64,000 bases of DNA, from positions 3,073,538 through 3,137,537 of the forward strand of contig JBNZDD010013634.1 in assembly GCA_050575255.1 (NCBI GenBank), in the 5' to 3' direction. Made by a program: the position numbers and the translations under genes. Shown here in pieces: positions 50,740 through 61,600 of the stretch; position 1 is the first letter of the stretch; the number at the start of each line of letters is the position of its first letter. The stretch is from Harriotta raleighana (Eukaryota). The notes beneath the pieces were generated by a model. It did no database searches. It saw only the letters and a program-made list of their open reading frames with translations, and was not told where the DNA came from.

Positions 50740-51436
50740 GTATTCAAATAACAATAAGTTTAATGTACGCACGGTTGTACCTGTGCCTACTCTATGGATG
50801 CGTAGAAGTTCCCAAGTGGGGGGAGGCTGAAAGAGATCGAAGAGTATTGGTTGCCTCGCCACTCAGGCATGTCAAAACCGTGAGGCAGTCATGAGTATGG
50901 CAACAGAAGGCTAGGCTATATTGTCAAATAAGTTGGGTTCACATCCCCAGATGTTGTACTCGAGCTATATCATGCTCTGTTCAGGTCGTAGTGAGAGAAC
51001 TGCAGATAGTTCTGGTTGCCATGACACAGCATCCCAGAATTAACACAGAGGAGAGCAAGAAAAATGAGCTACGAGCAATCATTAGACAAGGTAGGGCTCT
51101 TCAGTCTTGAGAAGAGGTGCTTCAGATGATATCTTAGAAAGATGTTTAAAACTAAATGGAATTGGGAAAGAAAATGCAGAACACTGCTTTCAGAAGCACT
51201 GAGACAGCAGATCAGAAGGACACAAGTTTAGGATTGCGAAAGGCAATTTCAGAACAGATATCAGGAAGTAAAAGACTGAAACAGGATACTGTACCAGGAA
51301 CGACGCTTAAGGCGAGGACACTGCACTCATTTTAAAAAAAATATGGTTTGATGCTGTGATGGGAGGACAGGTGGAAGTTCTGAAAGGATGAGATCAGATG
51401 GGCTGAAGGGTCTTCTTCATCAGATCCTCTCATGTG
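50740..51436 (+). mobile_element. Decayed CR1 LINE 3' part: ORF2 C-terminus and 3' UTR
   Basis: Frames give NRRLGYIVK, VVLELYHALFR, MSYEQSLDKVGLFSLEKR and RSEGHKFRIAKGNFRTDIRK (CR1 motifs ANRxLG, YEERLxxLGLFSLEKRR, RTRGH), then the tail GATGGGCTGAAGGGTCTT. Confidence 0.88.
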
Positions 51437-52414
51437 ATGATATTATGCCCCACAATCTGCTTTCTAACATATGTGGGACTCTCGATAGCTTGGTTTGGAG
51501 ACTTTAATGCATGGTGATGGATTTCTGCCTGTGTCAGACACCCAGCTGATGAAAGGCGAAAAAATCCTTGTAATCAGCTGGTTATAATGACTCTACCTCA
51601 ACAGCACATCACTATTGACAGTCTTGCTACCAATGCAATTTGTCACATCAATGTGAAGGCTCATATTATATGGCTGTTTGACATCAGTGCAGAACAGCAA
51701 TGCCAAGCTTTCAGTGCCACACACTGCAGCACTATTATAACATGCTCTGACTCAGCAGCAGGAGTCAGGTAGTTGGGATGGTTGTGATGCTCTTCAGTTT
51801 CGTGAATGTGGATTGTAAAGTAAGATCAATATATTTGCATGCAAATATTTAATCGTTTTGAAAATGCAGTGTTCCGCTGTGACACTAAGTCACACTAAGA
51901 TCTCAGGCACAAGCCTCCTCTCGCTATTTCAGACATCCTGCAGCCTTGGCTGCAGTAAGAATGTAACAGAGACTTTCCACTGATGCATCGAGTTTGCAGA
52001 CCCTAGACTATTGTAGCTGCAAATAGACAGTGTGCTTGATAGGTAAGAGTGAGATAATTTCTTTCCTTCGGGGTAAAATACCAGGGTTATTAGTTACAGT
52101 GTTGGTGGGCCTCTTACCATTTTGTCACCTGACAACTCAGCTTTATACTGTACATAACTGCAGGTTGAATTGAATCTGCAGCCAGAGAACTTGGGACAGA
52201 GCTTTTTTTCTCTCTACTGCTCCACCTGACGTGTCTTCCTTAATAAGGATGCCAAATGAACTGAACTCCAGCACCAATTAAAAGAACAGACTAAATTAGG
52301 CAACAGTTTTGCCCTGCAGGGAAATAGATATAAAAAGGGATGTTCATAGTGATAATGTGGGTGTGCGTGGCTTTTGCCCCACTATCAATTTCCTGGTCTT
52401 CAAATCCAATCGGA

Positions 52415-52527
52415 CTTTTGCTCACAAAATATATGGTCAGTTCACTGAATAAGATATTCTGTGAAGCGCTTTGAGATATATCAATGATATGATAAAGTAC
52501 AATATCAAATGCGAGGATTATTATTCT
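52415..52527 (+). mobile_element. SINE 3' fragment
   Basis: GTGAAGCGCTTTGAGA...ATATCAAATGCGAGGATTATTATT. Confidence 0.85.
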
Positions 52528-52710
52528 TTCCTGGTAGAAATGAATTAAATTGTTACATCTATTGTGAGAGGTTTACAAGTAAATACAAGTTACCAAACTT
52601 GGATAAATGGGAGCTTATTTTCTTCATTTGCTGGTCATCTTTTTGAAATTGCTACAACACAGTGGATTAGAAGGTTTCCTCCCCCAATGTGAACAATCTC
52701 TCAAGTAAAA

Positions 52711-53142
52711 AATAATAATCCTTATACTTGATATGGCAACTTTCACACTGGAAAGACAGTTCAAAACGCTTCCCAAGATGTACAGTACTGTAAAATGTAG
52801 TGACTTGAGTGATCGCAACAGCCTATTTGGACCCAGCATAAAACAGCCATGCAGTGAATGGCCTATTTTATTTGGAAGATTTGTTGGTCAGGACGATGGG
52901 ACAAACTCACTTCTCTTTGAAATGGTGCCATTGGATCTTTAATATCCACCTGAGCAAGTGTACAGGATCTCAGTTTAACATCTCATTTGAAGGACAGCAA
53001 CTCCTGCAATACAGAACACCCTCGCAGTATCGCATTGGAGTTTCAGCTTTGGATATACGAGTTCAAAGTCCGGATATAGGGCTTCAACCCACAGTTTTCT
53101 GACTCAGACATGAGAGAGTGCTACCATCTGAGCAAGCTGACA
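52711..53142 (-). mobile_element. Full-length Deu-domain SINE
   Basis: The reverse complement has TGTCAGCTTGCTCAGATGGTAGCACTCT...TGAGTCAGAA..GTGGGTTGAAGCCC (head) and GAGATGTTAAACTGAGATCCTGT..CTCAGGTGGATATTAAAGATCCAATGGCACCATTTCAAAGAG (Deu core), plus the shared tail. Confidence 0.85.
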
Positions 53143-53598
53143 GCTGGATACAAGCTTCTTGATTGTGACTCAACTGCGTAGTTGTGTAACTATCTAAAAT
53201 AATCTGCTTTAACTGCAGTCACTCAAGAAGAGATAAATCTCACAGAAATCTTGGGTATAATGAGAGAACCAACATATTAAAAAGTAAAGAGACATAAGAA
53301 AAAAAACATGGCTTCCCTTTCCCAAGTACAGCTGGATTAAAACCAAACTGGTTGTAGCTCAAAAGAATTATTCTATCCAGCTCTCCTGCCAGCGATTAAC
53401 CAGGAAGATCAAGCATTCTTTAGGATTTCAGAGAGTGTATGAAAAGGCGTACTTTGGATTAATAGGATAATTTAACAAGGAAATATGTCAAGGGAGGCAA
53501 TGGAGATTCAACCTCTAATAACTTCAAAGATGAATACCATCATTGTAAACAAATGAGATGTTCCTTATTTTTAACAAAGGGGGGCACTGGCTTCCTGA

Positions 53599-53699
53599 AG
53601 AATAACAATATTCCTTGCATTTCATATAGCGCCTTGTAGTGTCTTTGAGATGTCTCAAAGCACTTCAGAATACACTGTAAAGTGAATTGACTATATTTT
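53599..53699 (-). mobile_element. SINE 3' fragment
   Basis: CCTTGCATTTCATATAGCGCC...GTCTCAAAGCACTTC...GTGAATTGACT. Confidence 0.85.
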
Positions 53700-54364
53700 A
53701 TAATAGTGAAGTAAAGGTTTAGAAAACACATGCTTGGGTGGTGAGAAATGAGAACAAGAAATCTCTGACTTGATTTTTTGCACATGCCTAAGCGTGCGAC
53801 AATGTTGTTTAAAGTTCACATGTTCACAATAGGACAAAGGCCAGGGTGCATGTGCATGCTGAGCACCATTACAGTTTTGCACAAAGGACGAATGCACCTC
53901 TTTAAGAAAAAAACGACATTCCTCCTTTCTTGTTACCTCTATTTGGGGGACGCATTTGCTGAAACTACTGCCTGTACACAATAAGAAGTCTGCTTTGAAA
54001 CAGTTATTTTAATGAGCATCATGACGGTAAGCAGCTTGCAGGATGCCTTTGCGCCCAATCATTTGATGACAGAGCTCCCTAAGGATGCTCTTTCAGACCC
54101 GGCACGACTTTCAACAGGTTCGAAAATGACCCCAGAATCATGAACTTGCCACTTATTGCTGAATTAGACTAAAATGGCTATCTGTGTCCTTGGCTCTTTG
54201 TTGTATAATTATGTCCTTGGGAGCCTGAGAATTAGAAATTATCAGGTGGAATTATTTTTGGTGTCGTTTTGGCAGAGAAAGACTACAATGCTCCTTTACA
54301 GGTTAGAAGTAACGCATCTTGTTCACTTAAATCAACTGCGAGTCAAATGTTGCGAGTAATGGTG

Positions 54365-54560
54365 GTTGAATTGCATTTCAAATTCATTTGCAAAATGTGC
54401 TCAGGTAGCGTATTGTGGCACGGGAGTGCACAGTCAGTGCTTTGGTCTATTGGTAGTGCGAGAAATTAATTAATTTGCATGTGTGTAATTGTTACTTTGA
54501 TTCCCTTTGTTTTGCTGTTACTGAGCTGCTGCAGGGGGCCTAATGGAACAACCCACTAAA
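54365..54560. promoter_or_regulatory. Candidate enhancer with a POU/homeodomain/HMG motif cluster
   Basis: Octamer ATTTGCAT (54473-80) overlapping AATTAATTAATT, TCF-like CTTTGAT (54495-501) and SOX-like CTTTGTT (54505-11), all within about 50 bp. Confidence 0.35.
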
Positions 54561-55009
54561 GCTCTGATGGTGAAGGAATGGGCAGCTTGTACACTCACAA
54601 GCAAATAATCTAACTGTACTGGGAGCCTGCTATTATGTTCACTTGGTTCTGTTTAGTAACGCGCTTTGACATGTTTTCTCCAGCTGCTGTGCTATGCAGT
54701 TGTAAATTGCTGAATTTTGGCATGGTCGAATCGATACATTACTGTGAACATTTAAAAATAATAGAAACATCAATACCGGTGTATTCGAATGTAAATATAG
54801 TGAATGACTCCTTGCATACACAAACTGCTTCAGCTGGTATAATACTACAGATTCAGATTCGTGCCCGAGTGACTTTTGTTCGGCGACAAATTTCTAACTG
54901 GGTCGTTGAGCGTGATCATATCTGTTTGTAGACAGGAGATCATTTGTCACCCAGAAAGTTTCTTTTAGGCAAGAAGTCAATCTTTCCCTTTGGCGGTGAA
55001 TAACTTATA

Positions 55010-55350
55010 ATCGGCATTCTCCAGCTGCCGAACATCGGAAATTCGAATTCCCTAAAATTCGTAATTTGAATTCCCTAAATATGGATTATTTTGAGCTTGT
55101 GCCAGAAACATGACCGCAAAGCTGCCAGCCTATTGTAAAAACCCAACTGGTTCATTAATGTTCGTCAGGGAAAGGAAATATGACATTTTTACTCTGGCTG
55201 GTTTATATGCGACTCTAGTCCCAGTGTTACACGGTTGACTTTTAACTCTCTCTGACATGGTCTGGGAAGCCATTCAATGAGAACAACCAGGGTTGGATAA
55301 TAATTGTTCACTCTATCAGGGACTCTACCATATTCCGAGAACATTTAGTT
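55010..55350 (+). mobile_element. Degenerate SINE-like interspersed repeat, family not named
   Basis: TTGTAAAAACCCAACTGGTTCATTAATGTTCGTCAGGGAAAGGAAAT...GACTCTAGTCCCA...GGTTGACTTTTAACT resembles a repeat body I recall from shark genomes. Confidence 0.5.
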
Positions 55351-55414
55351 TTTAAAAAAGCCACGGGAGGATCATGGACGTACCAGAGGTGGAAACGCTC
55401 TGAGACGCCATCCA

Positions 55415-55459
55415 GCGTGGAGGGCGCTATATAAATCGAAGTTGTTGTTGTTGTTGTTG
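55415..55459 (+). mobile_element. Short L2 family B tail
   Basis: ACGCTCTGAGACGCCATCCAGCGTGGAGGGCGCTATATAAATCGAA followed by (GTT)n; the stem-loop part begins near 55395. Confidence 0.85.
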
Positions 55460-57069
55460 AAACAAGTTCGCAAAGCACTTTTTATGGGGGGAAAAACAAG
55501 GTGTTTTATAAATGTTTTAAAATTCGCTTGAGAAAACTGAAGTTGACTGCCACCTGGTTGGAACTTCATGGGCAAAATGCACAATACTGCAAATGCTAGA
55601 AATCTGAAACGAAAACAGAAGTCGCTTGGAAATGTTGGCTCACTTTCCTTCCTGCCTCCATAGATGCTGCCAGGCCTCCTGAGTTTTCCCAGCGACTTCT
55701 ATTCTTTGTTTTAGAACTTCATGTGGATGATGTGTGACTCTTTAAGCTCTTGGCCAACCCCAAGCAATGAAAACAATTTGCCAATAGGATTCTCACCGAA
55801 TAAAGCAGATTCTTCAAACACCAACTACTGTGCCTTGAGCATTTCAGCTCAGTGAAATGACATCAATACAAAATAAAACGAAGATACAAATTAAGATGTT
55901 TTAATTTCATGCTTGTACAAAGTAAACAGTAAATAGGCCTTTTCATAGACGTGTTAGACAGATTTGCCAGACGTTTTTGAAGAAGGTAAATGCCCCTTTA
56001 ATAATGAAATCTGGGAGCTTTTTAAAGATCAAGTTACATCACAATAAGATGAAGATGAAATTCAAGGCATTATATAATCCTTGTGTAAAGGCTAATCACC
56101 CTATCGTTAATTGCTGTTTTATAAAGACTTACTGCCCCGATGACTTCCAGCCGTCCATGTGCCTGTGTGCAGGTTTGTAATTGCATGGATAACAATCACA
56201 TTTCACTATTAGATTGCCTTTGTGAGCCACTGAAATAGATGGAATTTGGATTGTAGAGAATTCCAATGGCAGAAAATCTAAAAAGTAAACTCTAAATATC
56301 TTTTTTCACACATCTAATGCATTGCATTAAAGAATGAGCTTATTAGTTGTGACTTTGTTAACTTGCAACACTTACAGGCCTTCATGGACACAAACCGAGT
56401 TAATGATTTTATTCATTTATACTTAATGTTCCGAGGCTTGTAAACTACGTACTTGGATTACGAAACTTCAAGTGTCTTTACTTTTTCAATTAGGAATCAA
56501 ACTACCCTGGATATGTTATGGAATAGTTGAATCCTTTGCTGTCGATTTATGTCAACAGTGTTCCTGAATCCCAACCTAAGAACGATTGCCTTAGCTTGTA
56601 TTGGGGCACCCTCTACACTGCCTCAATCTGGAACACGGACATGATCTCACACTTTAAGACATGCCCTGTGACGGATAGACAACGTTTGATGAGAATAAGC
56701 ATGGTTGGAAAGCAGTTTTCATGTAGGTGAGTCCAGTGACTTCAATTGGATTCCAAAGAGTCTCAATTTACAATCCCACACTTGGTTTTCTCTTTCTCTC
56801 TCTCTCTCTCGTTTGTTGAAGGTAAATAGTGATGGAGGGGAGCAGCGTTGTGTTTGTTGCAGGAAAGCAATGCTTAAATAGATGAACCCAGTTGGTAGCT
56901 TCAGCAACAGCCTATAGAATTACCATGGGTCACAATTTCCTATCATAGATTTGGGGAGGAGGGAAAGGAAGGGGCGATGAAGAGAGAAGAATGTACCACC
57001 CAGCAAATGTGTACCTCCTGTTGATTCCTCCCAGCATCATTTCCAGTGGCTGTGATGGAGGAGGTATCA

Positions 57070-57905
57070 GGACTTGGGACGTCCCCTTGACATGAAAGGA
57101 GCTACCAAATGTAATTTGTTGTTGTTGTTGAATAGGCAGAGAGCATCCCATTCCTAAACAATGGCAAACCCGCAGTGAGTAGCTACGGAAAATGTATTCA
57201 GAACTTTTCCCTTTACTTCCCTGCTTGGATGCTAAGTTGAGATCCTTTGTATCAGTGATGCATAAGATTGCTCTCTTAGTTCCAGACGAGACCAGTGTAT
57301 AAAGTTTGTAGTTGTACAAGAGATTCTGTTGCGCATTTGTCAGAAGACTTTATGCCTTTCATGTTGGGACGTGCTCCCGCCAGGAAAGGCACTCTATAAA
57401 TGTAATTTTGTTGCTGTTGTTGTTTATGTCTCTATGGTAAAATAGCAAAATAAATTGAGATTTCTTACACAGCTGTATATTTATATATTTTTTTAAAAAA
57501 CTACAAATCATATATTTCTGGTTTGTTGGTGTACATTACTGCATGGAGCAAAAGCAAGTGGAAACCTGACTGCTGAAGGGATTTGCACTAATCCCTTAAG
57601 CAATTTGTGTAGTTTTGGGCCCAAAGGAGATGAAAATCTGAATTCAGAGATTACCCTTTGCAGCGTTGTTGAAAGTGGAGAGTTGTTGTGGATGATCTCA
57701 TTTTTAATCGCTGCAATATTGCCAAGGGTAGTGTTTGTTTCAAATTCTCGCCTTTAGATATCTTCCCCCCAATCCCACCCCCCCACCCCCACTTCCCCAC
57801 CTCCGGTCCTACTCTTCCAGAATCCCACCCCCAGTTCAAGTTCAAGCGCTTGACTGTCACGAACCTTAAGACATTCTCCCAATGTGAAATACATTATACC
57901 ATATT
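57070..57905 (+). mobile_element. Three short family A L2 tails: 57070-57129, 57365-57423, 57862-57905
   Basis: Each resembles TTGGGACGTCCTCCCGACGTGAAAGG...AAATGTAATTTTGTTG; the third is weak. Confidence 0.7.
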
Positions 57906-57964
57906 ATTTTCACCAGTTACATTGTTTTCCCTCCTCTAGAAGGTGCTGAATCTACATCAGAATA

Positions 57965-58278
57965 GAGGGAACCTTGTAATATTTCTGTCAAGTGACCATT
58001 CAATCTGGTGCAGGAATCCTATCTTAATTGCCTTCTCCCCATCCCAGATTCAGCATTCTGAGGTCAGTTATATTGCTGTCCAGCGCCTTGGGACGTCCTC
58101 CTGACGTGAAACGCGCTCTATAAATGTAATTTTGTTGTTGTTGTTGTTGTTGTTGCTGCTCCAGATGAGGTCAGATAATGCAGCATCACCTGGGGCTCAA
58201 ACCTGAAGCTATCCTGGTGTGCTTGGCTCAGTGTCGCACCATGACGCATGTTTATCCGCAGAGTCAGCACGGAATCCG
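57965..58278 (-). mobile_element. LF-SINE-like element interrupted by a + strand L2 family A tail at about 58077-58157
   Basis: Reverse head ACTGAGCCAAGCACACCAGGA..TCAGGTTTGAGCCCCAGG..TGCTGCATTATCTGACCTCA; it continues past the insert as ACTGACCTCAG...GGGGAGAA...GGATTCCTGC...GAATGGTCACTTG. Confidence 0.6.
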
Positions 58279-59353
58279 CTGTCTAATCTTTCCTAAATGT
58301 TGCAGTTTAGAGCTTATTCAGACTGATGGAGCCTGTGTACAAAGATAGGAAAATAGATTGCTAGCAGAGAGCAAATTTCTCAACGTCGCTGCCAGACGTT
58401 TAAAAGCACGTCATGATTTTTGGGTTCCCACCATTATCCGGATGGATCCCTGAACACACTGGAGGTAAAGTGATGCAGGTGAAGGAATTGTACAGCTGAT
58501 GCTGTGCTCCAGTATTACAATACAAGATAGTCTGAGGAAAGAACTGTTTTATTCTAACAGAGACTAAAATACATCAGGAGGCATGATCCAGGTCCTTAAA
58601 ATCCTGGGAATAAATTGAATTGCATACTGTTTTTGAGAAAGCGTTATAAGCTTTTAAAGATATTATTTTGTGATTTTAATAACATTGCAGTGCAGCTGAC
58701 AACAGGCCTAGAAAAATGTAGCGTCTCAGTTGCTGGTATACAAAGCAGTTTAAAATAGAGAATCATACGTGAGGCAGATGTATTTCAAAGCATCCTATTT
58801 TTTGTTGCAATGCCTTTTCTGATTTTTCTTTGATTGAAACACAACAGAGATTCAAAGGGGTTTACAAATTATTTTGTTCCCGACAAGTGAAGGATGGATC
58901 CAGTCAGTGCTGATGAAAGGCAAAAATGTTCACTGTGATTTGGGATTGCAGTTTCACTCTCCGGCAGTCGTCAAAAAAATAACTTTGGTCACCATGACAA
59001 CTGTGCAATTCCCACTAAAGTGAAACAGAATTCATTTCATGGGGAAAAAAAATTGTGACAACGGCACAGGAATATATATATATATTCTTAGGAAGAAAAC
59101 TCTTGACACTTAATTTTTGTTTATAAAATAATATATTTTTTAAATGGCCTAGAAATAATCAGAGCCATTTTGTAATATTAGGGATCCGCCTATAGGTTTT
59201 CAGGGTCACTATTTTAGATCTTGTTTCGTGTTTTTGGTGGAATCTTTTTTGTTGAAATCCTACACACTAATGACATGGAGAGGAGCTTGGCTTGGAGGCG
59301 TAACTGAGCTGACAGTGAGCTGGAGCAGACAAGACAAGAAAAACCATGATTAA

Positions 59354-59425
59354 CCCCACAGTGTTTCAGCCAATGTAACATTTCAGCTCCTGGTGTCACT
59401 CCAGATATCACGTTCTGTTAGGGGG
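59354..59425. mobile_element. piggyBac-like miniature element, 72 bp
   Basis: TTAA (59350-53) then CCCCACAG ... CTGTTAGGGGG then TTAA (59426-29): TTAA duplication with CCC/GGG termini. Confidence 0.5.
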
Positions 59426-59913
59426 TTAAAGACTCTCTGGGCTCATTGCCTAATGATATTATCCACATTCACTGTTTAAAGCAGGATGACAGGATAGGAG
59501 ATGATACTTTTATGATTGGATCCACCTCCATTATGCAACGGTTGCAATAGCTAGAATAGAAAGATCTCAGACCCGGCGAGGTGCATCCTTAATTTAATTT
59601 GAGATATTTCAGATGGAAACCTAATAGAGTACTGTACTGTAGTTTAGATTTGTCTTTCACATGACACCAAGTGGGACCAATTCCTCTAATTTTTTCTTCT
59701 CGCGCATCAGGATTTTATAAGACCATAAATAAGGATGGAATAAGATAAGATGATTCAGTTTATCAAACCCACATCTTCCTCAGACTGCACAAATCTGTGC
59801 TCTCATAAACTGCTCCCCACACGCTTTACCTCTGGTGAAAGTTTCAGTATTGGCACTCACTGAGCTTCAAACAGAATTGCCTTAGGGTTCACTGGTTTTC
59901 TTGTCAAAAGGTA

Positions 59914-60008
59914 CGCAGTCAATTCACATTACAACATATTCTATGAATCACTTTGAGACATCTCAAAGACGTGATAAGGTGCTATATCAAATGCAAGGAT
60001 TATTATTC
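59914..60008 (+). mobile_element. SINE 3' fragment
   Basis: CAGTCAATTCAC...GCTATATCAAATGCAAGGATTATTATT. Confidence 0.85.
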
Positions 60009-60198
60009 TTGTAAACAAAAGCCGCCTGAATATTTACCCATCTTCATCATTCAAATAATGGATACTTTTCCACAGTGAGCATTCACCCCCTGCCCCAAAG
60101 ATTGTGGATTGTGTTCTATGGATATCTCCACCTGAATTTATCCTCACTGTATCCTACACATTGTAGATTGGTGCCAAAACCAATTGCAACACTGGGGG

Positions 60199-60553
60199 GT
60201 CATCTTGGCTCAGTTGGTATCACCCCCATCTTTGGGTCAGAGGTATGTGTTCAAGCCTTTTGTCGTTCTTGAGCTCATAATCTAATCTTGAAACTTCAGT
60301 GCAGTGCTGGGAGAGCACTGTATTTCTTTTGAATAAGATGTTGAACTGAGTTCCTGTTTGTCTGTTCAGGTGGATATTTTCCTGTTATGTTGGCCATGAT
60401 CTGACAGATTCATTTCTCATTCACCTTGTGGCTGTTTGCGAAAAAGTTATTGATGCAAATGACTGCTGGCTTCTCAGTACACTCTACAGATGTTATCTGT
60501 GAAGTGTTTAACTTGTTGAGACATAAGGCACCATAAAAAATAAGCAAGTTCTT
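60199..60553 (+). mobile_element. Internally deleted Deu-domain SINE
   Basis: Head TTGGCTCAGTTGGTA..GTTCAAGCC and core CAGTGCAGTGCTGGGAGAGCACTG..AAGATGTTGAACTGAGTTCCTGTTTGTCTGTTCAGGTGGAT. Confidence 0.75.
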
Positions 60554-60639
60554 TACTGGAAGGCACTGAACTGGAATGTACGGCTATTGCTCTCAGCGGA
60601 ATGCCTCTAGAATGCAAGAGGTAAAGGAGGCGAAGCGGA

Positions 60640-60715
60640 GTGTGACAGTATATCTCGGATGTGTGGAAGGAAAAGATCAATTGGGCCAAAGGGCCTTTTT
60701 CATCCAAATCGTTCG
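60640..60715 (+). mobile_element. CR1 3' tail remnant
   Basis: GATCAATTGGGCCAAAGGGCCTTTTTCATC parallels the tail at 51392-51421. Confidence 0.5.
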
Positions 60716-61401
60716 CGGGAATGTTTTTAAAGGAAGGGTGACATGTTCAGGGTGAGCTCTGCAGTGTTAGGTTATTTGGGTGAACCACTTTACCACCTGG
60801 GCCTAAAACAGTTGTTTGCCTTTAATAATGCAGTCCCAAGCCTCCTTAATGATTCATAATAATTCTAACAGCCATTTTCAGGCCAGCTGATTGGGATTTA
60901 CATTTATGAGACTGGCAGTGAAAGTGCCCATGATTTTTTTTCCCAGAACCTGTCTACCTCAGGGCTCCATATTAAAGAAGAGCCTAAGAGCTAATTGCTC
61001 TCAGCTGAGAAGCAATACAATACTTCCTGAAACCCCACTTCTGAAGGATTGAATTTAGCTTTCTACTCAAAGTGGCTCATAAAAATCGTGTAATGCTGAT
61101 TCACTCCCTGCAGCAATTTGTAAAGCTGCACTGCTCAAACTGCATGCTGGTAGTTCTCAGCTGAGGAAGCCTCGGAGCAAACTAAGCTACTCTATTCTCA
61201 TATCTAAACTTCAAGTGTGTAAATCTTCTTTCTTTTTTAAAAAATTACGATAGCTCACACATTCCTCCCATGTTTCTTTTTACTGTGGTTGATAATGTTG
61301 CAAAATACGGACTCCACCTTAAAATACCTTGGGGTCCAATTTGCGGGTTGTGCTAATCATGCGATTGCAGTGATCTTACCAATGACTTTGGTAATAAGCT
61401 A

Positions 61402-61600
61402 CTGTACAGCACTGAAATAGGCCATTCGGCTGAACAGGGCTGTTATACCACACCCCTTTTTGTCCACCTCTTCTGTAGCCCCTCTATTCCTTTCTCCCTC
61501 ACAAATCTATCATGTTTCCTTTCAAATGCATTGATGCTTTCTGCACGATGAATCTTGATTGAGGAACAGACTGGCAATCTGCTCTCAAACCTCTGGTGGA
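61402..61600 (-). mobile_element. CR1 LINE 3' end, second CR1 family
   Basis: Minus strand translates AESINAFERKHDRFVREKGIEG (CR1 end pattern) and ends GCCGAATGGCCTATTTCAGTGCTGTA, a shark CR1/HE1-type tail. Confidence 0.8.

Noticed and set aside
51933-52042. Plus-strand segment between plausible splice sites
   Set aside because: It has stops in all three frames and no other support. The same applies to 5281-5440.
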